From Felis catus (taxonomy: Eukaryota): a stretch of DNA of 64,000 nucleotides. This document shows, one piece after another, positions 12,321-25,403 of the stretch. The stretch lies in contig NC_058369.1 of the NCBI RefSeq assembly GCF_018350175.1, forward strand, positions 24,058,001 to 24,122,000. Reading direction: 5' to 3'. The translations under genes were made by a program, and so were the position numbers. The notes beneath the pieces were generated by a model that did not search any database, was not told the origin of the DNA, and saw only the letters and a list, made by a program, of their open reading frames with translations. Each line of letters opens with the position of its first letter. The stretch's first letter is position 1.

Positions 12321-13625
12321 TTTGCTCTATTAGATATACCCTTCCTCCCTATTACACAAAGAGCTGAAACTGAGGCCCAGAAAGTTTCATAAACTATGTT
12401 GCATTAAACAAGTCCATGATTCCTGATTTATGTTTCAGTTTTCTCTGTCCTTTGTTCATTCTGTAGAAAGTCTTTATTAAACTTATATATCTATAAGCAA
12501 TGTATGTATTTTCTTACTTTATCACTAACCACTTGGATAGTTCCAAAAAGATTTAAAATAGCTTTCAAATAGAAGGGCTGGTAAGGCATATTCTGGACTG
12601 GGAAGGGTTCCAACTCTTCTGCCCGATTTTCCTTGGCGCCAATGGCTATCATGGAAGAGCTGGTTGTAGTGAGAGGTCACAGAGCAAAGCACAGCCTGTT
12701 TCATTTTAACAACAGCCTCACTTTACTTGTTACTGACAATGCCCTCCTTTACATTAGCTATGACCCCAGATGACTACCTTAACAAAAAGAAGTAACACGG
12801 TCTAATTGTTCTGGACTCCTCTGCAACAATTCCCTCTTGAGTAAGGAGCATTCCTGGCCCTATTCCAGTATTTTATTCATTTCCTTCATGTGGAAAAAAA
12901 AAGATAAATAGTCACATGGTCATAATTAACCCCCACCTTGCTTCTTGAAATGCTATATTTAATTATTCATAAATGCCATTGCAAATGTGGGTAAAGATAG
13001 TGACTGAATAATCACTATACACATTTAATCAGTCAATCTGTCATGGGAAAATCTTGGGGATAATGTAAATCAAGTTGTTGTTTTAATATAGCCATTCCCA
13101 TATAATGAGAAGAGATCTCTGAAGTACAATACTACCTCTCCCATGGTACATGGGTCCCTATGAATTGTACATCTTTTCCATCCCTCACACCGACAAAGCT
13201 TGGGCTTAAGCTTGTGAGAAATGCTAGGAATCAATGGGAGCTGTATGGCTCATGGATCAAGAATAAGAACTTGTGCCAGTAGAAAGTTCGAGAATTCATG
13301 ATAAATGCACAGCTCCTCATGAGAGACTGTCATTCGTGATGTTTACAAACCTGTTCCACTCAGAAGCAACGGTGGAAGCCATACGACATTGCCTGTGTTC
13401 AGTGCATCCATTGCTGTGGACAAACCGATTAAAACCAGCTGGAAAGTTGTCAGCCATTTTAAACATTCAGCTTAGATCACAGTTGTGCTACCAACTGTGA
13501 CTGTTTAGAAAAATCACTTAAGCAATAAGAGGCAGGAAAGAATAAATTCTCAACTTAACTTTTAAAGAGCAAGGGGAAAACTTCATAATGGTGGGCAACA
13601 CTTAACCCATTAAATAATTCCCAGC

Positions 13626-16600
13626 GACTTCATTGCTGGCCAAGATGAAATAGCCCACTACAGCCTATCTCTCTCACTAATTACAACTAAACACTCTAAC
13701 AAAATATAAAAGCAACTACCTGAGGACCCTGAAAGTGATATGTCAGTAGCAACCCATACTACTAGAACTCTGAAAGAAATCTTGTCTTTCTGGCCATAGA
13801 AATGGGGAAAGAGGCCTCTAAGATCCAAGGAGTATAGGGAAATCTCCATTTACCTTCCCTTCTTTCTCTTCCAGTTTTGTCTCAAGGTGGATCATATTGC
13901 AGAGATGCGCTGTAACAGCTGGAACAGTGGGTGTCCAAAGAGAAATCCCATCTTTCTAATCTCCTAATCAGAAGAATGAGAAGAAGGGCCCTGCAAGCTG
14001 GAGGGAAAATGTGGAGGGAAACTTGGAGAGGAAAAAGTTGAAGAAGAAAATTCCATAATTCTGTGTATTTACCTGTAAAACGACCAGGCTTATCCTTAAG
14101 CTGTGCACATGAAGGACAGACCTAAAGGCTTTGAAAACTGAACTGACATTGGAAGCATCACTCACAGAAGGTGAAACAGAACTTGCAGTGTGAACCTAAC
14201 TAGAATGACTGCCTGCTAAGCAAAAAACAAGACAAACAAACAAACAAAAAAACCAAAAACCAAAAAACATCAACCCCCCCCCCAAAAAAACAACCAAGGA
14301 ACCAAGCAAATAAAACCCCCCAATATTCTCCAGAGGATTTTAGCAGGACCCAGAGTCTAAACTTCATAATATTCAAAATGTTCAGGATACTTGACACACA
14401 GAAAATAGGAAAATGTGACCAATTTGCAAAGAAAAAGCTAACCAACAGATGTCAACTTCAATATGACCCAGATTATCAAGACAAAAACCTTAAAGCAACT
14501 ATTACAACTATGCTCCATAAAATAAATGTTAATACACTTATAATAGGTGGAAAAATAAAAATTCTCAGCAGAGATAGAAATATAAAAATAAGATATCTGA
14601 AATTAAAAATCATGGATGTTTCAATGGCAGAATGGAAATGACCAAGGAAAGAGTCAGGAAACTTAAAGATAAATCAATAGACATCATCTAATCCAAAGAA
14701 AAGGAAAGAAAAAGCTTAACAAAATATAAACAAAGCCTCATGGACCTGTGGAACAATACAGAAATGCTTAATATTTGTGCCACTGGAGTCCCCAAAAAAG
14801 AAAAAGAGTTTAATGGTGAAAAAAAGATTTGCTCCCCCCCAAAATTGCTGAAACTTCTTAAACATTGTAAAATATACAAATTTACAATTTATCAACACGA
14901 TAAACTTCAGGAAAACCAATGGCAGCTACATCAAAATCAAACTGCTAAAAACCAAAGACGGAAAAAAAGAAAAACAGTCTCAAAAAGCACTAGAGAAAAC
15001 TGGCATGTTACTTAGAGGTGAACAATTAATGGAATGATTGTACATGTCTCCTCAGGAATCATGGAGACCAGAAGAGAGTCAAACATGTCCTTTAAAGTCC
15101 TGACAGGAAAAACTTGTCAGTCTAGAATACTACAGCCATATCTATAGAATATATTCTATATATATTCTATACATTCTATATATTCTTCAGGAATGAAGAG
15201 GAAGGCATTCTATGATAAAGACAAATACAGAGAATTAACATCAGACCTTCCCTAAAATATTCATTAAATAATAATAAAAAAAATAGGTGCTCAGGAAGAG
15301 GTTTAATAAAACCAGAAGGAAACCCAGAAATGCAGACTAAAAGAAAGTTCAACAGCAATGAGAAGTAACTGAAAAATACAATAGACGTTTTCTCTTCTTT
15401 GGGCCTTTAAAATATGTATCACTGTCAAATGCAAAAATAATGCTGTCTGGAGTTTTCAATGTATGTATGTAACACATCTCACAAATATAACCTGTAAATG
15501 GAAAGTTGTAAAAGGAAATAGTTGTAAGGTTTCTCCACTATACTTGATATGGTAAAATAATAACTCAAAGTAGATTGTGAAAGGTTAGGTATATATATTG
15601 TACCCTCTAGAGCAATAATTCAAAAGTTAAAGAGATATAGTAAAAAAGCCAATAGGTAAATTAAACTTAAATATTAAAATATATCAGGGGTGCCTGGGTG
15701 GCTCAGTTGGTCAAGTATCCAACTTCAGCTCAGGTCATGATCTCACACTCTGTGAGTTCAAGCCCTGCATCGGGCTCTGTGCTGACAGCTCAGAGCCTGG
15801 AGCCCGCTTCAGATTCTGTGTCTCCCCCTCTCTCTGCCCCTCCCCCACTCATGCTCTGTCTCTCTCTGTCTCAAAAATAAATAAAAACATTTAAAAATAT
15901 CAAATAATCTAAAAGAAGGCCTAATGGAGAAGGAGAAAAACAAAAATAAGGCAAATAGGATATACATAATGGTAAACTTAAATCAAATTGCATCAATAAT
16001 TATAATTAAGTAAATAATTCAAACATTAATTAAAATAGACAAACTTTTATTATGGATTAAAAAGCAAGATCTTACTATATGCTATCTATAAGAAACTCAC
16101 CTTAAATAATAGACATACATATATTAAAAGTAATAAGAATGAGAAAGACATACCATGCAACAAGTGAAACAAACTGCAATGGCTGCATTAATATCAGAAA
16201 AATTCAATTTCCAGACAAAGAATATTACCAAGAATAACAAAAATTCCTGGCAATAAAAGGTCATTATATAATAATAAGAGGTTAAAACAAAATTAAACAT
16301 TTGAGTACTTAATAACAGAACTTCGAGATATATCAAGCAAAAACTGACGGAGCTGAAGGTGAACGAATCATTCTACCTGGACTTCAACATTCTTCTCAGA
16401 GTAATCAATGGAATAGACAGAAAATCAATAATGGTATATGAGATCTGTATAATATTATTAACCAAAAAAATTCGGCTTATGTGACATTTAAAGAACACCT
16501 CACTCAATAACAGTAGACTACACATTCTTATCAAGTCCAAATCAAACATTCACCCAAATAGATCATATTCTATAGTACAATAAATCTTAAGAAATTTAAA

Positions 16601-17210
16601 AGAATAAAGATAATGAAAAGCACTTTTTAAAGCATAATAGAGTGAAACTGGATATCTATAACAGAAAGCTATCTGGGAAAGTCACCAATATTTGAAAATT
16701 AAATAACATACTTCTATATAACCTATGGGTTAAAGAGAGAGTCACAAAGGATATTAGAAAATATTTTGAATTGAAAGAAAATGAAAATAAAACAAAAACA
16801 TATAGAATGCAGATGATGCAATGATTAGAGAGAACTTTATGATAATATATGCTTTATTAGACAAAAAGGTGAGAAAATTTCAAACCAATGAAATTAAAGC
16901 CAGAAAAAATGCAAAAAGAAATCAATGAAACAAAAACATATATTCTTTAAAAGATCACGAAAGTAGATAAGCCTCCAGGCATACTGACTAAGGAAAAAAA
17001 AAAAAAGAAACTAGACAGAAGTTACCTATATCAGGGAAAAAAACAGACCATCACTATGAATCCTAAAACATTAATAGGGAGTATTAAACTACAATTTTAT
17101 GTCCAAAAATCTGAAAATATTGATAAAATGAACCAATATCTTGAAAGAAACAGACTACTAAAGCTCACTCAAAAAAGAAATTAATAATCTAAGTGATCTC
17201 TTAAATATAT
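13626..17210 (+). mobile_element. Old L1M element A: 5' UTR, decayed ORF1, inter-ORF region and ORF2 endonuclease region; 3' half missing
   Basis: Starts gacttcattgctggccaagatg; ORF1 remnants (DLWNN..NICATGVP at 14740); EN-like tgctatctataagaaactcac and ggacttcaacattc; strongly A-rich. Confidence 0.8.
15687..15892 (+). mobile_element. Can-SINE inserted in L1
   Basis: ggggtgcctgggtggctcag head and A tail; degenerate TSD aaaat(at)atca. Confidence 0.95.
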
Positions 17211-17779
17211 CCTGCCAGTCATGAAGGTAGCTTAAAATAGCAACAAAACTATAAACCCACAGATCGAAAAAGTGTGCCAAACATACACACAAAGTACAAA
17301 GAACGTGAAGAAAACTAAAGCAAGGCATATCATAATCAAACTACCTGAACCTAATGATAATGAGGTATCTTAAAAATAGCCAGAAGAAAACAAAGACACA
17401 TTACACACAGAAAACAAAAATAAAGATGACAGCAGATTTTTGTCTCAGAAACAATACAAGTTAGAACATAGTGGAGCAACATCATTACAGGACTAATGAA
17501 AAAAAAAATCAGTCAACCTACAATTCTACATCTAGAAAAGGTACCTTTAAAAACAAAGGTGAAATAAAGACTTCTTCATATAAACAAAAGATTAAAGAAT
17601 TCATCAGACTTGATCTACCCAAAAAGTTACAGTCTGTAAGAACAAGGAATATTATATCAGATGAATATTTCAACTTACAAAAAGGAATTAAGAGCATCAA
17701 AAATGTTAACTACATGAGCAAATAGAAAGAGCTTTTTTCTTATTATTAAATCTCTCTAAAAGATAATCTACCATTTGAT

Positions 17780-17966
17780 GGGGTGCCTGGGTGGCTCAGT
17801 TGGTTAAGTGTCTGACTTCCATTCAGGTCATGATCTCACGGTCCGTGAGTTCAAACCCCACATAGGACTCTGCTTTGGATTCTGTGTCTCCCTGTCTCTG
17901 CCTCTCCCCAACTCGATTCTGTCTATCTCTCTCTCAAAAATAAATAAACATTAAAAAAATTTTTTT
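17780..17966 (+). mobile_element. Can-SINE with internal deletion
   Basis: SINE head and tail present, gctgacagctcagagcctggagc segment absent; flanks share aaaagataatcta. Confidence 0.92.
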
Positions 17967-18017
17967 AAAAAGATAATCTATTTGAAGCAAACATAATAAA
18001 AAATATATTATAGGGTT

Positions 18018-18215
18018 TTTTAATTTATTCTGTAATGTTTGAGAGAGAGAGAATGTGCACACAACTGGGGTAGGGCAGAGAGGGAGGAGACAGAGGATCC
18101 AAAATGGGCTCTGCACTGGCAGCAGAGAGCCTGACAGGGGCTGAAATTCACAAACCACAAGTTCGTGACCTGAGCCAAAGTTGGACGCTTAAATGACTGA
18201 GCCACCCAGGTGTCC
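18018..18215 (-). mobile_element. Can-SINE
   Basis: Ends gactgagccacccaggtgtcc; degenerate TSD tatt(a/g)t(a/g)gggttt. Confidence 0.92.
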
Positions 18216-19417
18216 TGTATTGTGGGGTTTATTGCAAAAATAGAAATAAAATGTACATAGCAAAAGCACAAAAACTAGGAGGAAAAAATGGAAATATTTT
18301 AATGCTGTAAAATTCTTATACTGTACATGAAATGGTACAATATCATTTGAAGGTAGATTGTGATAAGTTAAAGATATATATTATAAATTCTAAAAGACCA
18401 CCACCAAAAATAACAAAATAAAGAGTTATAGTGAATAGCTAACAAGATAAAAGTGAATCAATTAAAAATCCTAAATCCAAAAGAAGGCAGAAAAGAGGGA
18501 TTAAAGAAATGATGGGGCAAACAGAAAACAAATAGCAAGATACATTTAAACTAAACATAACAAATAATCACATTAAATGTATTTGGTCTAAATACCACCA
18601 ACTAAAAGGCAGTGATTTTCATATTGGATGAAAATCCTAGTCCCAAATATATGTTGCCTACAAGTAACCCACTGTAAGTATAAAGACAAATAGAAAGGAA
18701 GTAAAAAGTTGGGAAAACATATATGGTGTTAATACTAATCAAAAGAAAATCAGAGTGGTTATGTTAATTCCAAAGTTGATTCCAGAACAAAAAATATTAG
18801 CAGGAATGGTGAGAGTCATTCCATAATAATAAAGTGGTCATTTAACAAAGAGGATATAACAATCCTAAATGCTTATGCTCCTATTAGCAGAATTTAAAAG
18901 TAAATGAAGGAAAAAATGAACAGATCTGCAAGAAGAAACTGGCAAATTCACAATTAGAATTGGGGATTTCAATACCCTTCTCAATAATTGATGGAACCAA
19001 GTAGACAGAAAATCTCTAAGGACACAGAGACTTGAACAACACTAACCACCAACTTAACCTAAATGACGTTTTTAGAGTACTCCCACCAATAATAACAGAA
19101 AATATGCTCTTTTCAAGAGCATGTGAAACATTTACTAAGATACCACATAATCTGGGACATAAAATAAGTCTTGATAAATCTAAAGGATTGAATTACTATA
19201 AATTATGTTCTCTGATTACAACTGGAAATCAATAGAAATCAATAACATAAAGATATCTTTAAAAATCCCCAAGTGTATGGAAACTAAATAAGGCACTTAA
19301 ATAATCCAGGGGTGAAAGATGAAATTAAAAGGAAAATTAGAAAGCATTTGAATGAAAACTAAAATACAACAAATCAAATTCAGATTCAGCTAAAGTTGTA
19401 GTTAGAGGGAAATTTAT

Positions 19418-19489
19418 ATAAATTCTACACCTAAAACTAATATTAACTAACTGAAATTTAAATAAAAACTTGGAATGAAAAAAAAAGAC
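19418..19489 (+). mobile_element. About 70-bp 3' tip of a carnivore L1 inserted into old L1 ORF2
   Basis: aaattctacacctaaaactaatatt...aactaactgaaatttaaataaaaactt plus A tail; TSD aatttat splits the host motif agagggaaatttat/ggcactaaatgcc. Confidence 0.75.
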
Positions 19490-20543
19490 AATTTATGGCA
19501 CTAAATGCCTACATTAAAAATTAAAAAGGTCTCAAACGAATGATTTAAGTTTGTACCTTACAAAACTACAAAAAGAAAAAATTAAACCCAAAGTAATTTA
19601 AGAAAGGGAAATAACAAAGATCAGAGTGAGTATCAATGGAATACTAAACACAAACACACTACAGAAAAATTAACTCCTTAAGAGGGTCTATAAAATTGAT
19701 AAATCTCTCACCAGATTAATTAGAAAAAAATATATATAGAGGAAAACAAATTATCATCTATCATTATCATGGTAGAAATGATATCACTATACGTTGCACT
19801 GATGTCAAAGGGAAGGAAAATATTATAAACAACATAATGACAAAAATTTTGACAACACAGATGAAAATGAACAAATTCACTTATTCATGAAGCAACAGAC
19901 AACCCTATGCAACCTGTAAGAACTGAATATGTAGTTAAACATCTTCCTACAATAAATGCTCTAGGCCCAAATGGTTTCCCTGGAGAATTCTACCAAATAC
20001 CTAAGAAAAAATATGACCACTGCACACAAACTCTTCAAGAAAATTGAATTTAAGTCACTAATTCCCAACTCATTCAATGAGGTTAGAAATACTCTACAAT
20101 CAAAACCAAACAAAACAATTCCAAAAAAATCTATAGACCAATATCCTTCAAGGACATAAATACAAAAGTTATTTTAAAAATTTCAGAAATTAAATTCAAC
20201 AATACATAAAAAGGTAAATACATCATAGTCAAGTGAGGTTTATCCAAGGAATAAAGAGGTTTTATTTTCTTAGAATTTTAAATTAACCCAAACAGAATTT
20301 TATCAATATTTTTAACCATATTAACAGACTTAAAAAAGAAAAATGATATGATCAGTGTCCAGGATCAAAAAGAAGACAAAAATGTCTGTTTTTACTTTAG
20401 GCTTTAGTTAGTGCAATAAGGGAAGAAAAAGAAAATTGAAAACATCTAGATTTAAGGAAAGAAATAGAATTACCTTTTTTCATAGATGACATGATCATTT
20501 CCATAGAAAATCCTAGAGAATGTTAAAAAAAAAAAAACAACTA

Positions 20544-20757
20544 GGGGCACGTGGGTGACTCAGTTAGTTAAGTGGCTGACTTCAGTTCAGGTCATGATCT
20601 CATGGTTTGTGAGTTTGAGCCCCACATCACGCTCTGTGATGACAGCTCAAAGCCTGAAGCCTGTTTCTGATACTGTGTCTCCCTCTCTCTCTGTCCCTTC
20701 CTGCTTGCACTTTGTCTCTCTCTCTCTCAAAAATAAACATTAAAAAATTTTAAAAAA
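20544..20757 (+). mobile_element. Can-SINE
   Basis: ggggcacgtgggtgactcag head, CT tract and aaaaataaacattaaaa tail. Confidence 0.94.
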
Positions 20758-21136
20758 CCTAATATAACTAATAGTAATAGTGAGTTTAGCAAGTTTTTAC
20801 AGACAAGAACAATGTATAAAATATATAATAAATTATATTTCTATACCCTAGCAATGTACAATCATAAATTAAAATTAAACTTTTACAACAAAATAACAAA
20901 TTTGAAATACTTAGGAATAAATCTAACAAAGAAATGTGCAAGATTTTCCACTGAAAACTACAAAATATTGCTAAGAAACACTGAAAACCTTAATAGATGG
21001 AGAGATATACTCTGTTTATGGATCAGAAGGCTCCATATTGTGACGATGTCAATTTTCCCCATATTAATCTAGAGATTCAGCCCAATCTCAACCAAATTCA
21101 AGCAGATACATTTGTAAAAAATGACAAGTTGGTTCT

Positions 21137-21349
21137 TTTTAAATTTTTTAAAAAAATGTTTATTTATTTATTTTGAAAGAGAGACAGCAAGCAGTAGAGG
21201 GGAGGAGAGAAAGGGAGAGACGGAATCCCAAGCAGGTTCCACACTCAGCATGGAGCCCAACAGGATGCTTGATCTTGCAACCATGAGATCATGACCCAAG
21301 CTGATATCAAGAGTCGGAAGCTTAACTGACTGAGCCACCAAGACACCCC
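21137..21349 (-). mobile_element. Can-SINE, older subtype
   Basis: Antisense SINE; TSD tgacaagttggttct on both sides. Confidence 0.94.
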
Positions 21350-22032
21350 AAAATTGACAAGTTGGTTCTAAACTTCACATGGACCTAGAATAGCCAAACA
21401 ATTTTGAAAAAGAAAAACAAAGATGGAAGACTTACCCTATTGGATTTCAACACTTTATTATAAAGTTATAGTAAGTGAGACAGTGTAATACTGGCATTGA
21501 CATAGATAAATAGATCAATAGGACAGAATAGAGTATAGAATCCAAAAACAGGTCTACACATTTATAGTTAGTTGATATTGAACAAGTGAAAAGACAACTC
21601 AGTGGAAAAAGATAGTACTTTCAACAAATGATTCTGGAACAATTTGGTATACCTATACAAAAAGCATAAACAAAACCAAAAACAAAACCCAACTTTGATT
21701 CAAACCTCACACCATATTCAAAATTAACTCCAAATGGCTAATAGACCTAAATGTGAAACCTCAAACTATAAAATGTCTAGGAGAAAAATATGTGTGCCCT
21801 TAAGTTAGGTTAAGATTTCTTAGCCATACCACAATTAATAAAAGAAAAAACATTTGCTATATTAGATTTCTTAAAAAGTAAGAACATGTGCTCTTCAAAA
21901 GATATTAAGAGAATAAGAAGACAATCGTCACACTGGAAGAAAATATTTACAAATCACATATATAATAAACCAGCCAAATGCAGGATATATAAAGAACTCT
22001 CAAAACTCAAAAATAAGAAAACAAACAACCCA

Positions 22033-22218
22033 GGGGTGCCTGGGTGGTTCAGTCAGTTAAGCGTCCAACTTTGGCTCAGGTCATGATCTCGTGGTTCATG
22101 ACTTTGAGCCCTGCATGGGGCTCTGTGCTGACAGCTCAGAACCTGGGGCCTGCTTCAGATTCTGTGTCTCCCTCTCTCTCTGCCCCTCCCCTGCCCATGC
22201 TCTGTCTCTCTCTGTCTC

Positions 22219-22249
<31 letters not shown>

Positions 22250-22311
22250 CACAAAACCACAAAATTAAAAGAAAAGAAAAGAAAAGAAAAGAAAAGAAAA
22301 GAAAAGAAAAG
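22033..22311 (+). mobile_element. Can-SINE whose tail has become (AAAAC)n and (GAAAA)n microsatellites
   Basis: TSD aaacaaccca at 22023-22032 and 22312-22321. Confidence 0.95.
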
Positions 22312-23171
22312 AAACAACCCAACACAAGATGGAAAAAAAATCTAAACAAAGACTTTACCAAAGAATCTACACAGGTGGCAAATATGCACATGGAAAAATG
22401 CTCAACTTCACTAGTCATTAAGTAAAGGCAAATTAAAGTCATAATGAGATACCACTACATACTAATTAGAATGGCTAAATTAAAAAGACTGACCATATCA
22501 AGTGTTGGTGAAGATTTGAAGGAACTGAAATTCTCATATGCTGATGGTGGGAAAGCAAAATGGTACAAACACTTTGGAAAACAGCTGGCAATTTCTCAAA
22601 ACGTCAGATATACACTGCCATATGTATGACCTAGCCATTTATCTTAGGTATTAACACAAGAGAAAAAGAAATATTTCTGAATGCAAAGACTTAAACAGGA
22701 ATGAACACAGTCTCTTTATAATAGCCCCAAACTGGAAACAACCCAAATATCCAACAATAGGTGAATGGATAAATAATATACCAAGATAACTGGCATACTA
22801 GTCAGCAGTAACAAGCAATGACCTATTGTTTCATATAACATGGATGAGTGAGAAGAAGCAAGTCAAGAAAGATTCCATTCATATGAAATTCTAGAAATTG
22901 CAGACAAATCTATAGCAAGACAAAGTAGATCAGTGCTTGACTAGAGTGTGGGGTAGAGGGATTATAGAGAGAAAGGAGGAATGGATTACAAAGAGGCATG
23001 AAGAAATTTGGGGAAGTAATGGATATGCATAATACCTTGACTTAGTGGAATATGCATCCATATTCCAAAAGTTATCAAGTTTTACACGTTAAGTGCAGCT
23101 TATTGTATGTCAGTCATACATAAATAAAGCTGTTTAAACTTTAATAAATTCCTAAATTAAAAAAAATTTGT

Positions 23172-23298
23172 GGGGCACTTGGGTGGCTCAGTCAGTTGAG
23201 TGTCTGACTCTTTATCTCAGCTCAGGTCATGATCATACAGTTTGTGGGATTGAGCCCTGCATTTGGCTCTGCACTGACAGCATGGAGCCTGCTTGGGA

Positions 23299-23335
<37 letters not shown>

Positions 23336-23392
23336 CCCCTCCTCCACTTCTGCACATGCGCTCTCTCTCAAAATAAATAAACTTAAAAAAAA
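23172..23392 (+). mobile_element. Can-SINE, older subtype, with expanded (CT)n
   Basis: ggggcacttgggtggctcag head; (CT)n near 23302-23330. Confidence 0.94.
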
Positions 23393-23419
23393 TCTGGCAA
23401 TGACCAAAACAACATAGCA

Positions 23420-23760
23420 GCTATCTCTTACTAATCATTTACTATGTTCCAAGTGCCACATTAAAATGCTTTTCATGTATTATATTACTTCTTTTGAAAA
23501 CTCTAAGGCAGTTACTATTTTTTTAATTTAAATTCAAATTAGTTAGCATATAGTGTAGTATTAGTTTCAGGAACAGAATTTGTGATTCATCACTTACATC
23601 TAACATCCAGTGCTCATCCCAACAAGTACTCCAAGGCTGGTACTATTAAAGGGAGTCTGAGACACAAAGAGGTTACATCATATTCCTAAAGTCACAAAAT
23701 TAGAAAGAGGTAGAGCTGGGATTTGTTCTAGAGTCAATGATCTTAGTGACAATACCATCA
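23420..23760 (-). mobile_element. MIR split by an L1 tip
   Basis: ttactaatcatttactatgttcc ... ctgagacacaaagaggtt ... gtagagctgggattt. Confidence 0.7.
23520..23632 (-). mobile_element. 5'-truncated carnivore L1 3' tip
   Basis: ttaatttaaattcaaattagttagcatatagtgtagtattagtttcagg...ccagtgctcatcccaacaagt; degenerate TSD aaggc..(g/t)tactatt. Confidence 0.85.
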
Positions 23761-24039
23761 GGAAACAGACTCAGAGAAGGTCACATAGACCTGGGCTCCA
23801 TTCTAGATCTGTTTGCCTTCAGAGCTTGAGCTCTTCACAGCTTCATCATAGTGCATCCCTTGTTGGAAATATCCTGCCAGAGACATAATAATCACTCTAG
23901 ACTGACCAAACCTATGCTAACTAAATGTGTACTTTCTGGCCTCCCTAGTCAGCACAGATGGAATCTGTGTTCAACCTCCCTCTGTTCACATAACCAAAAA
24001 CTGTTGCATAAATTAATGACGTGAGTTAACTCAAGACTA

Positions 24040-24185
24040 CTAGCAAAATTTCCTCATGTTAAAAAATGGAGGCTCAGAAGGAGATGAATAAATTTGCATA
24101 AAGCCACCCAACAGATGAGTAGTGGTGAAATTGGAAGTCAAACTCAGGTTAGCTAACTCTAGAGCCGGAAGACTTCTGACTCTCC
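24040..24185 (-). mobile_element. MIR
   Basis: atggaggctcagaagg ... aaatttgcataaagccac ... aaactcaggt. Confidence 0.65.
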
Positions 24186-24904
24186 AAATGAGATGCTCAA
24201 AATCTGTCTGCCAGAAAATTACACCCTCTAAGGTGACCACAAGTGGCTCAGAGGTGTTGAAGGGCTGCAGATGAGCTGAGACAAGCTTACAAAAGAATGT
24301 GGGTGTCCTGTTTCAGGGATACAAAATAAATGCTCAGCAATCCTGATCTCTGAAGACAATGCATTCCAAGCTGCCAGCCCTCTTGACGAGTGGAGGGGCT
24401 CTGCTATTCAGCTGTCCAGCACCCCTGCTATCTCAAGGTTAACTAATTATTTCTCCTTTATAATTCAGTGGAGACTGATAACTATTATTTCCTTGTCTAA
24501 CACATACTTACATGTGTTCTGGTTATATATAGGTTGCTAGGAATTGGGATGGGCTTTTTTTTTTTAAGCTCAACTTTACCAGGGTATTTACATTCAGGAT
24601 TCTAGAACCATCCCAATTACTTCAGAAAAATTAACACGTATAGTGGGTAAAACAAAACAGCAACAACAAAAAAGTCTGTTTTCCCAAATTAAGATTTGAG
24701 AAATAACATGTAGGATCACCGGTTTTCTGACCTTATTAACAAGGAACTACCATGGGTCAAAAGTGAGTTGAAAAGATTTAAGAGATGAGTTCTATGCAAG
24801 AAGGAAAACAAGCAAGAAAGACAAGAGGTAAGAGAGATGAAGAAGTCAGAGTCCATGAATAAAAATATCTGATATACTTATAAAATCTCCAAACCCACAA
24901 AGGG

Positions 24905-25403
24905 CTGCAGTTGTTCTTCAATATCTATTCTCCCCTCCTATAGTTATGGAATTTTAGCTGGCCTGTAGCCTTCAGCTCAGAGAGTACATTTTCCAGCCTC
25001 CCTACAAACTGGATGCGGCCACATGACTAAGTTTTGGCCAAGGAGATGAGTGCCATACTGATAAATGCAGCATCCACACTGTACCCTTAAAGGAAAGGGA
25101 TATGTTCTTCCCCTGTCTCCTGTACCCTCTTCTGGTGGGTAGGGCACACACTGGATAGAGGGAGCTGGAGCAGCCAGCCACGTGAACCACAAAATGAAAA
25201 GTGTTATGTGTTGAGGATGGCAGTAAGATAAAAGCAGTAAGAGTGAAGAAGCCTGGCTCTCTTTCACTGTCAAACCACCAAGGCAGTCCTAGGTGACCTA
25301 CACAGACTTTGATTCAAGGAAGAAGTAAACTTCTATCTTATTTGAGCCACTGGATTTTAGGATCTCTTTGTTATAGCAGCCTAATCTGAAACCTAACTAA
25401 CAC
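24905..25403 (+). mobile_element. MLT1J-like solo LTR
   Basis: ttttccagcctccct...ggccacatgactaagttttggccaa ... taaacttctatcttatttgagccactg ... cctaactaacaca. Confidence 0.8.

Larger units (their letters stand above)
17250..23140 (+). mobile_element. Old L1M element B: 3' part of ORF1, decayed ORF2 and 3' UTR
   Basis: ORF2 remnants (KYLGINLTK..ENYK..LNRWRDI.C.WI at 20812; MRYHY..IRMAK at 22444), RT catalytic region catagatgacatgatc near 20481 and L1M 3' UTR ending aataaagctgttt. Confidence 0.85.
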
